A DNA stretch of 63,329 nt, filler included, from Perkinsus chesapeaki ATCC PRA-425 (lineage: Eukaryota > Protista > Perkinsozoa), in NCBI GenBank assembly GCA_013115145.1. It is 8 parts of 8 records of this genome, joined end to end, with 100 filler letters (N's around TTAATTAATTAA, not from the genome) between each part and the next. Parts side by side here need not be neighbours in the genome. Positions count along the whole stretch, not along the records: positions 27,490 to 49,982 come from JAAPAO010000578.1; 7 more parts are not named here. The stretch is one strand, 5' to 3'. The position numbers were made by a program, and so were the translations under genes. Below the pieces are notes generated by a model. The model was not told where the DNA came from. It did no database searches and saw only the letters and a program-made list of their open reading frames with translations. This document shows positions 34,466-47,000 of the stretch, piece by piece (position 1 is the stretch's first letter; every line of letters starts with the position of its first letter).

Positions 34466-36953
34466 ATGGCTAGAGAATCTTCAGCCCCAAAAGATGGCGA
34501 GGTACGCTCGTTTACCTTCAACGTTTTTACTTTTAACCTCTAACGTATCATTTGCTCTTAACCTCTCAAGTGTCTTTTGCAACGTATTTTTTACTTTTAA
34601 CCTCTAACGTATCTTTTACTTTTAACCTCTAACGTATCTTTTGCTTTTAACCTCTAACGTATTCTTTACTTTTAACCTCTAAAGTATCTTCTACTTTTAA
34701 CCTCTAACGTATCTTTTGCTTTTAACCTCGAACATATCTTTTGCTTTTAACCTCTAACGTATCTTTTACTTTCAACCTCTAACGTATCTTTTACTTTTAA
34801 CCCCTAACGTATCCTCAGGTCAGAGTCACTGCGGTAGGTCGACTTACACCATATGTTAGATATGCTATTAGATTACTTAATGAGGAAGATAGGGACACAA
34901 TCCAGGTAAGGAGTATCTTTGAACTCTTCATAGTGCGTAACAGTGGTATCTTTAATCCTTCATAGTGCGTAACAGTGGTACCTTTAATTTTCCGTAGTGC
35001 GTAACAGTGGTATCTTTAATTTTCCGTAGTGCGTAACAGTGGTATCTTTAATTTTCGTAGTGCGTAACAGTGGTATCTTTGATTTATCTGTAGCGTAGTT
35101 GCATAACAATAATAATTCTATATAATCCTTGGCAATGATATCTGCAATTCTTTATGGTGCGTAACAAGGGTCTCTTTGGGTCTTCACAGTGTGATAGTGC
35201 TCGGCAGTGTCATCTTCAAATCTTTGGTATCTTCAGTTCTTTATAGTGCGTGACAGTGGTATCTTCAAATGTTCATAGTGCGTAACAGTGGTATCTTCTA
35301 TCAGATTGTTGCATCGGGTCAAGCTATTCCTAAAGCAGTTAATGTTGCTGAGACTCTTAAAAGAAGATATCGCGGGCTGTACCAGGTCACTGAGGTAAAA
35401 TGATATCTTAGCTTCAACCATGCAAGATATGTCTGAGCTCGTTTCAGTTGTCAGCAATTGAATTACAAGAGAATCCTGACACAGAGGAGCGCAGGCCCGT
35501 CGTAAGCACTTGCCGCTATTCTTCACTTTATTACTTTTTTAGGGGAAGGGCACGACGACTCGCAAGGTGTCTCTAGCCACCATTACTATATCGACTAAGC
35601 CGCTCGACTCTAGCAAGCCAGGTTACCAAGATCCTTTGCCCGATTCTGAAGTTGAGGAATATTCCGATGACGGGTATTAATTTTTCCAGATGTTGCTGGT
35701 GTTTGTAGTTTCGTGGTGACTTGATGTTGATTGTGTTTGTTAGGTCGGACGATGCATTTGAGAGGAAGCCAAGATACGGCAAGGGGAGGAAGGTAATGTA
35801 AAATATCTCTATTAAGGGGTGGCTGCGCAGCTGGAGAGAGATCTTGCTCGATGACCGCGCGCCACTAAATTGCTATTGCTCCTTATTTCATACGCTTATT
35901 TTTCCTGCTCTAAGATGGTGTTATTATGATAGTTTAGATGGAGATATTAGAGAATAGAATGATGGATTAGTAAATAAGACTCATGATTATATATTAAAAT
36001 AACCGTGATAGTTGGAACGGAGAAGTCGGAGGAATGTTTTAATAGTAACATATTTTATATCGAGATTCTCGTTATACTCTGCATGTGATATTAACATTGT
36101 TCAACTATCCACAGGAGCTGTCCCACGAGACTTACCGGTTGATCGAGTGCAATTATTTGTTGTTTTCCAGGGGTTCGGCAAAGGTGGTCCTCGCTACAAC
36201 TCGTGGGATTACTACGATGATGGTTACTATTACTATTATTATCCGGTCGGCAAAGGGAAGGGCTGGGCTCCAATGAACGATTATTATTACGCACCGAGGC
36301 CACAGATGGGGAAAGGAAAGGGAAAAGGATGTAATATGTGGGAGACACACAGTGGTTAGTTGATCGTAGTGGAAAAAGGCATCGGAAGTTTCGATGCTTT
36401 TCCGACTTTTTTGTCATATTATGTAGATGGGATACTCTGTAATAGTATCATCAGCACGATACAGTACTCATCTGGGATATGTCAAGGGCAATACGTTTTC
36501 GACTATCTTTCCCGGGGGCGGGAATCCTGGGAGTAATTGCCGGCAAGAGCGGTTGTCAACATTCGAGGATTTCAGTTCTATGGGGTGTTCAGCAACATAG
36601 AGTATAATATAGTTAACCGGCATAATTTATATATTATTTCATATACAGTGGTTTATTATTTATTTATTATATTGATTTACAGAACTTTCGATGACTTTAT
36701 TTTTTATAATTGCTTTACGTTATTTTGATACTACATTCGTCGATTGTCTGAAGTTATTCGGAGGTGAATCCTAGTTTCGTAGTGTTGCTCAGTTTTTCAT
36801 CGTCAAAACATGTTTCTCTCGGCCACATAAACATTCGAAATGCTGTGAATCAATCTTTTGTATGTTGCTGAGTTTCATCAGTTGTGTAGGACAGCATTTC
36901 CTGCCCTTTCAGATTACTACGGAAAAGGCGCCCCCAGAGCTCGTATGTGGTAG
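34466..36953 (+). CDS. ALBA: Alba (Rpp25-like) nucleic-acid-binding protein with Gly/Lys/Tyr tail, multi-exon
   Basis: Spliced VRVTAVGRLTPYVRYA, IVASGQAIPKAVNVAETLKRRYRGLYQVT, RKVSLATITISTKPLDSSKPGYQDP; splice phases checked. Confidence 0.88.
34520..34812 (+). repeat. 25-bp minisatellite (~11-12 units) filling Alba intron 1
   Basis: Consensus GTATCTTTTACTTTTAACCTCTAAC; runs into the acceptor at 34818. Confidence 0.95.
34913..35298 (+). repeat. ~32-bp minisatellite filling Alba intron 2
   Basis: Consensus GTATCTTTAATTTTCCGTAGTGCGTAACAGTG; 5 tight units plus several degenerate ones; ends at acceptor 35304. Confidence 0.93.
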
Positions 36954-38170
36954 TTAAAGTTAAAGTAGAAGTGACGATTTGTTGAGATGAGCGGAGTGAA
37001 GCGTAATGCGTTTTCAGATATTAGATGAAGGCCGTGGTACCTAATGAGATAATAAAATGGGACCTTACCAGAATAAGCTTCCAGAATAATGCCGAGGGCT
37101 TTGAGTTTCGTCAGTCATCACGAACCGCGGAAGTGTAATTGACAGTCTCCCTCAAAACGCACAGGTTGTACGTACTGTAAAGATAGTGGTAACTTATCAC
37201 GAAGATTTTTGGGGTCGCAATACGTTGAGGGGAAGAACTTACCTAAAACAGACTTCCACGAGACTCATGGTGAACCACCAAGCGCTATGTGCTGCTGCAA
37301 AATATTGTTATGTACATAAATTACTATCCAAAGCGAGTTCTAAACTTGATGACTGACGCACCCGAAATACAGTACCTTCGAGCTTGCAACAATAAGTACA
37401 TTCATGGGCTAGTTATCTGGCTTTTCTGCTGTTGGTATCGATAGCGGACCACCGCCACATACCGTGCAGTGCCGAGTAGACATGTAAATAAATGTATATA
37501 TAGAACAGTGGTATCATAGGAAAGGACAGGACCCGACTCCGGCTCGAACTGTACCAAACGGGTCTCTTGCTAACAAAGTTTCTCTTCAGTATCACCGATA
37601 CAGCGATACGTCGGGGCTAGTTTATGTCTCTGTCACCTTCATATCTTGTCTAAGTTAAGATGATACTAGCCGACCGAGGTAGATAGGACTGCTGGATGAG
37701 CTGGGCCGATAGGGTTAACGCTTCAACAGCTTTATCGGCTTCACAGTCGATCTTTGGGGAAAAGAAGACAAGTCGAAATATCTTCCCACACAAGGAACAT
37801 CACGGTCATCTACGGGGAAGATGGTCATAAACGACCTTATATTGGAAATTTAATTGGCAACTTGGGATCCACAAAAAATATAGTAGGGAGGGCGACATAC
37901 TCGGTGTTTGAATGTACAGTGTCTTATCCTTTATCAATACAACAACTTTGTCCAAGCACCGTCCAGCACTCGTGCCGATTGTAGATTACCATTGCTCTTT
38001 TTCGGGCAAGTGTTCTCTGTGAACACTAGGGCACTATTGAATGACAGCATTTAAGGGCAACTTTCGTTGACAGTCTAAATGACGGAGAGCATGTCATCCT
38101 TTCAGACACCAACTTTCAATTGATACACTCACTCTGTATGAAATATTTCCATGCCCCACTTAAGAGGTTA

Positions 38171-38208
38171 CCGAAACCCGAAACCCAAAACCCGAAACCC
38201 AAAACCCG
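38171..38208 (-). repeat. Interstitial telomere-like heptamer tract (TTTYGGG)5
   Basis: Plus strand AAACCCG AAACCCA AAACCCG AAACCCA AAACCCG. Confidence 0.75.
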
Positions 38209-38739
38209 GAGGAAGATCATTGGTTTTCCACGCCCCATATGGTTACAGAACAGTCGATATGTTACCAATAATCATTCATCTTGACAAATTGAAAAATAAT
38301 GTGCCTTAAGGAAAGCGGTAAACTAAGGACCGTTAAGGACCTCCTGAAGAGATTCAGTTCACAGTCTTCAAGTTACATGCCGAATGCTCCACACATCACT
38401 CGGGGCTATCTATACGCACTAGTGCTCAGTTATATAGTGTTGCGGATGGACTCGGGAAGATACTGTGTTACCAACCAAAAGCTACAAAAATGAAACTGAA
38501 GTGTCATAGGTCTGTAAGGCCGTAACTGATCTCGATGAAAAATGGAGTCTAATACAGCGGCTGATGACAAAAATATAATACGGGCAAGCATCTCAAAGAG
38601 CTCGCCAAGAGGACATATCATCAGACATCGCGTCAACAAGTGCCGTAGATAACGGCGCAAACGGTTATCTGTGCGATACCGTTTATTTTACAAAATATGG
38701 GAATATAATAACGACCTATGTATTTACATAGGGAACCAT

Positions 38740-39725
38740 TCAGTAGTCGAAGAGAACGTGCTCATTGACGTGGAATGGGTTACCAAGGAAGTCGCTGGAA
38801 TTGGTGTCGACGTCATTGCTGAGTGCAAATAGCAGTGACAATAGTTCGATCGAATCACAGTCATCGAAGTCCACTGGGGCCAGGTCGGGAGTTGTCGACA
38901 CGCTTGTACAATTCTCGTTCATCGATGGTCTCGATTCTTTGAACATTTCGGGTCTGGAAAACTCTTGAACAGTCAAAGGTCTCTCAACGCCTTCAACGAA
39001 GACCATAGGGGAGTATATCCCAGTCAGATTTTTCGCCGAAACGGTGCCAACTCTGGTCCTTCTGAGGTACTCCAAATTGGAGTGAAGCCCTTGAACGTGG
39101 GCCAACGAAACCTGGAAAAATGTGCAATGTCGTTCTCGATGGTCTGAGTTACCTCTGCGAAGACTCGATTGCTCCTCGTGTGCTTCTTATACTTGTGGAG
39201 ACATGCGGTCTCAAGGAATGCTCTGCACACTTGCGGCTCGCGAAAGTTTATGAATGCGTAGCCGACATTGCAGGACTGCTTGCAGTTGGCTGGCAAGTAG
39301 AAGAAGTCAAACCTGTGGGGAACGGATCAAATAGATATGGAAAAATGAGACTCACGAGCCTTGGAAGAAATCCAAAGATTCGGCGAGTTCATCGAGCAGT
39401 TCAGCGGGCGTGTAAGCGTAGGGAATGCTCCTCAGCATGACGGTCGTGGGGGAGGTGGAATTGACCGAACTGGCTTCTTGCTCGGAGACCGACTTGTCGC
39501 CAACGCGGGAATGGCGAAAGTTGAACTGGGAAAAACGATCAATCAGGTCCGCCATTAACACATTTCTGTCAGACTTACCCTTTTTGGAACATCTTTGTGG
39601 TCAAGAACGAGGGAACCGGCCTTCCTTCGACCGCTGTGGATCGAAGCGTGTCTTTGAGGACCTAGATAAAGCGATAAGTGACAGTAATAGGGAAGGAGGC
39701 TACCGGGGGAAGAGTGGCGACGCAT
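38740..39725 (-). CDS. Mei2-like RRM3 RNA-binding protein, multi-exon
   Basis: TTVMLRSIPYAYT, CNVGYAFINF and SLAHVQG match the Mei2 C-terminal RRM. Confidence 0.88.
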
Positions 39726-41034
39726 TCGAAGCGAGGGAAGCAGATTACAAAACAACTGAAGCCCATATGCGTTCCTGATGAACTGTGAACATTGATTTCG
39801 CGATAAAAATAAACCGAACCATTTGTACGGGAGAGCGCGAGTGACGTTACAGGGCAGAGCGAAGAACGAGATTGATTTGTTGGCCCCGAGAGGGCGTCAC
39901 GCCTTGCACACGCGTACGGCATTTGCAAAATCGGCTCGCCCGTTGAAACGCTGCGTGTGCTACTCATCGGCCTGGAGATGACGCAGTGCGGAAGTCATAT
40001 AAGCATTCAATGCTTATAATACATTGGGCCTTAAGGAGGTGGGTACCAAGGGTGTGGAACTACTATGATACCCATTGAGATGTTACGCGAAGGACCTTCT
40101 TAGGGAAAGTTTCACTCGCTAAGTTAATATAAAGTAATTAATAGTCGATGACTACTTCGCTTCACAGTCCCTAAATAGATGGGTCAGGAAATACTGCTAT
40201 CAGAACATGTCTTATACTGCGAAATAAGTCGAGTTAGTTGCGACCACTCTTCCTCAATCGTTGGCCATAAAGACGACCATCCAAGACTGGGGGGCTGCAT
40301 GGATGTCTTCTTTATGCGAACTGTGAGGGGAAATAAAGATACATTGAAACGATACAAGTATTTCACACGGCAAGTGGCGTGTAATCAACTTCATAGATAA
40401 CCGCTTCTTGAGGTGTCGCAGGATCCATTAAACCTGGCAGACCGATCCACTAAGGATTGGTATAATAAAAAGATTTTGCTAAACTTCATAGATTTCTTTG
40501 TTACGCACTGTGAAGGTTTTAAGGTATCTTTCGAACGCACACTAATCAAGCGACATGTGTTCACCGAATCTTGCGTTCTGCCTGAAGAGCAAGATTCAAC
40601 CTCGGATACGCATTTGCATATGGAGCGGTTTCGAAGAGGATCTTGGTCTCATTAAATGCTCGAAGAAGTATTCAAAAGGATTTGCCAGTTCAAATAAATA
40701 TAGCAAATATCTTTCTCTTTTTTAAGAAAAACTGCCTTTCGTTTGAGTGGTTCAATCACAGACTCTGCACTTGTCCTAAAATATGTTATCTCCTCTATAA
40801 CGGTTAGAAGTGGCGCCTCCCGAAAAATGGCTTCACAAGTGTGTATTATAAACTATTATTATAATATAATAATAGTTTAAATTTTAATCTACTTTTGTGG
40901 CAACTTATTTTTTTCTTAAAAATTATTTTCCAATACCCGTATCTTTTCCCTTCTTCGTCGATTGTTTTTACTGAATGTTCTTCGACCCCGAAGCCCCGAA
41001 GTGTTAATCGAACCCAGTTGGTAGTTTCTTTTCA

Positions 41035-44000
41035 ATGAGTTATAAGCCGAAGACGTCACCTGCATTTTTCGGGCAAGCAGGGAAGCTTTCCCGGAAGCAT
41101 GGTTCTGATGTCCAGTTGATTAAATCCCTTGTAAGGTTCCATCTTCGGTGATAAGGCAAAAATAGATTGAAGTTCAAAAAATATAAAATTAATCTATCTT
41201 GATGAAATATCAATATCGACTTATTTTTAAAAGTCCCAAATTTATTCCGTAAAAATTGGATGGAAAATTTTTAGTTTTTTTTAAAAAAAATTTTTTACTT
41301 TCCTTGAATTTCATGTTAACGATGCTGAACTTGCAGTTCTTCAGATTCTTCCGCGGATTCCACTGAAATTTGCGGACTTTTTTCCGATAAATTTTCCGTT
41401 TTCCTCACTTTTGGCGGAAATTTCCCAGATTTTTTGCGTGTCAGGCGACCCCATTGCTGACAGAAACTCCTTGTCTGAAGCGTGACAGGCTTCCGGCATT
41501 CTCGCCGAAGAATTTCAGACGCCAGCTTGAAGCTTGGATACCCCTCATATCGGTTTTGAAAAGATACTCTCGAGGTTACATCAAGAACGACCTTATGGGA
41601 GGGATCACTTTGGGACTGATTACTCTTTCCCAAAGTATCGCACATGCCAACATCGCCCATGTCGGCCTCATCAACGGTCCCTATTCCTGCGTGTGGCCAG
41701 TTTTAGTGTAGGAATCTGGAAAAAACGATTCGCAGAGCAATTTTCAGATACGCGATTTTTGGAACGTCCCCTCACATGTCTGTCGGAACAGGTGCCATGA
41801 TGGCGTTGATGACTGGGGAGCATGTCGCCAAGATTCCCGATTTGGAAATTCGTAGGTTTTCCGCGGGTTCTACGTCGTTGTTATGTATTTTTCCGAAATT
41901 TTCCCCGAAATTTCTCGAAAATTTGGTGTATTTTATGGAGGGGTTTCTGGACTGTTGAGGGTTACTCATCACAAACAGTGTTCATTTTCACACAAAATTT
42001 TCCCCAATTTTCAGGAACCGCTATGGGCTGCCAACTCGCTCTCATCACAGGCTTCGCGATGTGCTTGATGGCTGCCTTGAGGCTTTCATTTTTGGTCCGC
42101 TTCATTTCTAGACCGGCGCTCTCCGGCTTTGTAACAGGTAAAAAATATTTTTTCCGGAATTTTTTCCTGGAAATTCCCTCTCAGGTGCGGCCTTCGTAAT
42201 AGTCGCGTCGCTTATGAAGGATTTTTTCGGGCTTCATCGAGTCGACAAAGGAGTCAATTTTTTCCAGAACATGTTCTACGTCTGTGTCAGCCTTCACACG
42301 GTAGAAGTTTGCGTGCTATCGGCTTCGATTTTTTCTCAGGCCTCCCCGGCAGTTACGTTGCTGAGTGTTCTCACTATTGGGATCATAAACGGGCTGGCGC
42401 GCTATCGGAGTCGACATCGGGCCATCGAGTTTATTGCGGGATTTAAGGAACTCGTGGCAGGTTATATAGGGGAGGGGCGAATGGCGGCAAAATTGTGGGG
42501 GAATTTCCGTGTTTTTTGGGGGAAAAGGTTCAAGTGTGTGACATTGGAAAATGTTATTACAACGCTATTGTTTAATACGGTTTATCGGATGGAAATCGGC
42601 CTTGCTCCTGTGTAGATCATTCGGCAAAGAGTGGGAGTCGTAGAACTGACTCGGACCTCGCTTCCATTCGTTTTGCATAGTCTGTATCATAAGACGCATT
42701 CTGGTATCGTTTACCTTCCTTGATCTATTAAGATTGATGAATCGTTCAGTGGGGGGAAGCCGGTTGGTGTCGTCAGTTTTCGTTGCAAGGGGATGCTTCA
42801 TCACTTTTACCTGTTCTTCAGTCACATAATATCTTCAAGCTTGCCGATCACTGAATTAGCGAAACCTGACCACATCCTTGCTTGGCGACCCATCGTGGAT
42901 CGTAACGTACTCTCACAGAAAAATGCTTTTTCCTCGCTGTAGAGACATCTTCTTGTTGCCCGGGAAAGCATTTCCGCGCAGACAGATAAATCTTGTTTGG
43001 GTGCTGAGCTTTGAAGCTTCAGAGTCGAGTGGAATTTAAAGAAACTCACTGGCCGACTCGGACAGAGAGTTTCAGATCGTTGTCATGTAAACATGCGTCC
43101 TCCTCGATAAAAACCAGTATTGTGGTGCTTCGCTCCAATGAAATGAAGAAATTACTGTGGTGTGCATGATATTCGATCATAAGGCTCCCACTGCCGCATG
43201 CCGGACTTCGAGGGGCGTCCGTAGTTTTCGTTATGTATTCAGTCACTAAGGCTTCAGATTTTCGCTAGTGGATTTCATGCCGTTGCCTGTTTTGAATTCG
43301 TTGGTTTTTGTACACTCGTTTTTTGGTGAAGAAGTTTATATGTAATGAAATGAGCTTCGCAAAGTGGCATCGCTGCGGTGTAGGGACTTTATAAGATGAC
43401 TTTTCGAGATTTGCATCCTTTGAATTAGACCGTCGGTTCTCGGTATATCAGCCCGGAATGTCCTTGCACGGGATAGGGACATTCACTTTCGGCCCTGGGA
43501 GTCCCACGTCTGGAGTGGGAAATTCCCACTTCGCGCGATAGTGGCAAGTGGCGGGTCACCGTAGAGATACGTAAGAGGTAATCGGCCCAGTGTCAGTAGC
43601 TTAAATAGTATGATATTACTGAGCTTAAGTAGCTTTATGCTACTAGTCAGAGTAGTCTACTCTTTTATGAGGCTTGTAATAAAGAACTCAACTCTCTTCT
43701 ACTGTTAACGCCTCCCTAGGAGGCCGAATGACGAAGATACATCCCAGTAGCTCATCTCCCCTTGGCAAGTCTTCTCGGTGTAATCTTTTCCGGAAATAAT
43801 GAGGCCCAATTTTCCCATAATTTTCACGTATTTCAGTCATCGTCGCAACGGCATTATGTTTCTCGATGTCGCTGGTTTACCGTCAGAAGCTCCTGGCCAG
43901 CTTTGGTGATGATTCAGGTTGGGAAGACTTTATACCTCATGTAGGTCTTTGCGGGGAAAATCCGGAATCGCGCAGGCTTTTGTGGACTTCGAAGGCTATA

Positions 44001-47000
44001 AGGATTGGGGAAATATTTAAGAAAATTTTCGGAAAAACTAGGAAATTTTGTGGAAAATACAGAGCATTCTTTAATGAGCCTTGGATGGTTTTTTCTCTGA
44101 ACTTAGAGTGAGAAATTTGCAGTTGCCAAGTGACAGGAAGTTTTCGGTGATTTTCAACGAAAAGAAAGCAGGAAAATTGATATATTTTCTCTGTGTCAGG
44201 TAGGTTCGGTGCCTTCTGGCCTTCCGTCGTTCCAACTTCCACCTCTGAACAATCTGTCTGGAGTCGCCCCAAGTGGGGTGATGGTCGCGCTGATGTGTTA
44301 CATTTCAAGTTTCGCGGCAGCTAAAAAATTTGCTATTGTTGACGGGTAGGCTGGAAAAAATTTCGGGAAAAATATCTTTGTCAGGTATGAAATTCACGCA
44401 GGAACGGAGCTGGGAGTTATGGGGGTGGCCAATGTTGTGGGTAAGGAAAAATGGGAAAATTTCCCGAAAATTTGCGGAAAATTTCTGGAAAATCGCACCA
44501 GGCGCCAATTGGGGCCTTGAGGGCGAAAATTCAAGTTCGAAATTGTAGTTGGAGTAGAACGAGATGCTAGCTGTAAACTAGAAAATATCTCTATTGATAC
44601 CTTGCCCAGGGTATGACATCGCTCTACGCGCTAGGAATGTTTTATCAGGATCCGTTTTTGGTGCTTTTCCAGTGCAAGGAGGGCTTTCGCGAACCTCCAT
44701 CAGCCATTACATCGGCGTTAAGACTCAGGTGACTCGGCCAGAAATTTTCCGGAAAAAATCTGCCCTTCAGGTTGCCGGAATTGTTGCGGCCCTGATTGCT
44801 ATCGGTGGACTGACGTTTTTAACGTCTTTGATGTAAGTGGGATTTTGCAGATGAGAGACTCATCTGAGATCGGGTAGAGAGTCGACAACGTGTATTTCGT
44901 CACAGTGGAAGTTCTCAGAAATGGTCTCCCGGTAGTCACTTCGGAGTAGGTTCGTTAATATCGCGATTTTCTTCCGAGAGTTGTAGTGATAGCAATCTCG
45001 GGAAAATAATAATTCTCGGTCACATCTCAAGTTGATTGCGACGCGTTTTTGGGCTTCTTCGTATTGTCCGTCGGATGCGAGGCACACTTGGAATTCCATT
45101 GCGATATGTATTCCTAGTCGGAAACGAAATACCGAACTCAGTCTCCCACGGTTCAGCATCTGGGGTTCCTATAGGTACTGGATCCCAAACGCGGCGCTGG
45201 CTGGAATAATAATTTCGGCGACACCTCACTTGACGGACTTTGATCTCGCCAAGTGGCTGTGGAGAAACTCTAAGCGAGATTTCGCGGTTTGGTCGGTCGC
45301 AGTTGGAGGTGAGAATTGGAGCGGTCTTGACTTTGGAAGAAATGTCTTTTTGCAGAATTGGTACAGTAACGGCCATCTAGTGACAGTTGAACTCATTGGA
45401 TTATATTTATAATATTTACATATAAAGATATATCAATATAGATATCAATAATAATATAATACCTATAATATAATATAATAATAATACAACACTCTCAACA
45501 GGCCCCTGGTCCAACAATCTCGTTCGTCCTTCTTTTGATAAACGGTTTCGTTCTAATGCATTCGAAATATGCGAAATCCTGCACATTTGACATTCCACGT
45601 GGAAAATCTAAAAATTGAACTTACGAGGCCCGTTGAAAGTTCAACGGTCTCTAGATGGCAGGTACTTTTCAAATTTCGTGTTTCTATTTGTCGAAATGGA
45701 AAAGTTAGGGAAAGAACTGATTTGCATGACAGTTTGGGTCACACTGTAGATTGTCCTGAGAAGGGAGATGCGCTAACCTGACATATAAATGTGCTAGGAG
45801 CCAACCAAATTCATCGTTGTCAGGCACTCTCCTGTTTGGCCTTCTACAGGGTGTGTTCCTGGCGGTGGTGTTATCTGTCACTTTTATGATTCAAAAAATT
45901 GCTACACCTCCGACGAACGCAATGGGCAGGTGAGGGATGGTTTGATAGCTCTGCCGAAAATTTCCGATTTCGGACAAATTTTAAAAATTTTCAAGTAGGG
46001 TCCTGAGGCAAGGTATCGTTGTATTGTTCAACGTAAGATAATATGAAAAGATTGACTCCGGGGAAATACGGTAGTGGCAAGTTGAAGCCACTAGTCATCG
46101 GAAATCGTCGAGCCGTCAAGACTCGTCGAGTGTTTCGAGGCCCGAGGAGGAAGGAGCAGATGATGACGATTAAGGCCAGTAGCCTTAGAGCAGGAAGACG
46201 TGATTGTTGTATCATATATTTGCTCGTTATTAAGGACCATTTCAATCGAGTCATCAGAAATCGTGGATCAGCGAAGCCTAGTTCATGATGTAGTGAATCT
46301 TTGCGGACTCGATAAAATCAGGCAACGAATCACCGGTGATGTGGACTGGGAAACTGGGACGGGAAAAATAATTGAGAAAAATAGAGGAAATTTAGAAAAA
46401 CTTAAAGTGCTGCTGGCAGGCTATCGAACGGGCATTGGCGAGCTCTTGCGTATTGGCCGAGACAGGCGAAGACGGTTCCGGGTCTGTTGGTTTTCGGAAT
46501 CAATGGTCCTCTGCTATTCGTAAACTGGGAATTCGTGAAAGACCGGTACGATTTTCTACTGGTGATTTCTCCCCATTTTTCCATCGGTTAGGTTGCTGCA
46601 AACCGAAAGGAAATATAGCCGGTATTGTGGTAAGGCGGTTGAGGCTGTTGTGATACAAATGACTGGCGTACCATTTATTGACGCAACCGCAATTCAGGTG
46701 AGACTGCAGGAAATGAATGATAATAATGTATCTGAAAGTGAGGCTTGATATTGAAATTTGGCCACCCAAGAAGTTGATTAATCTGCATAGGTCTGAGATC
46801 TTTTGTGAAGTTGACTTTGATGTTTGATATCATCTGGTATTAGTCTTGTCACCAAGAGTGTAACTCGCACAGTGTTGTGGTGAGGGTCGTACTACAGTCA
46901 ACTTTTGCGACTGTTGCACAACAAAACAGGAAATGAAACCGATCGAACCGATCAGTTAGTTAAATAGTTTCCTCGAATGAAGAATCTAGTTTAGTCTGAT

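Noticed and set aside
34913-35298. CRISPR-like repeat/spacer pattern
   Set aside because: The variable parts are ~10 bp and homologous to each other; this is an ordinary minisatellite inside an intron.
37400-37990. Possible spliced minus-strand gene
   Set aside because: Exon-like blocks exist but no consistent frame or family could be established.
40179-40655. Possible plus-strand gene between Mei2-like and SulP
   Set aside because: Short ORFs with no motifs; splice structure could not be resolved.
43514-43530. Odd-centred palindrome AGTGGGAA-A-TTCCCACT as a footprint
   Set aside because: Neither predicted TSD recurs properly in the flanks; 8-bp arms are near chance level.
43649-43663. Odd-centred palindrome AGAGTAG-T-CTACTCT
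   Set aside because: Only a partial CTACT match upstream; 7-bp arms are expected about 4 times by chance.
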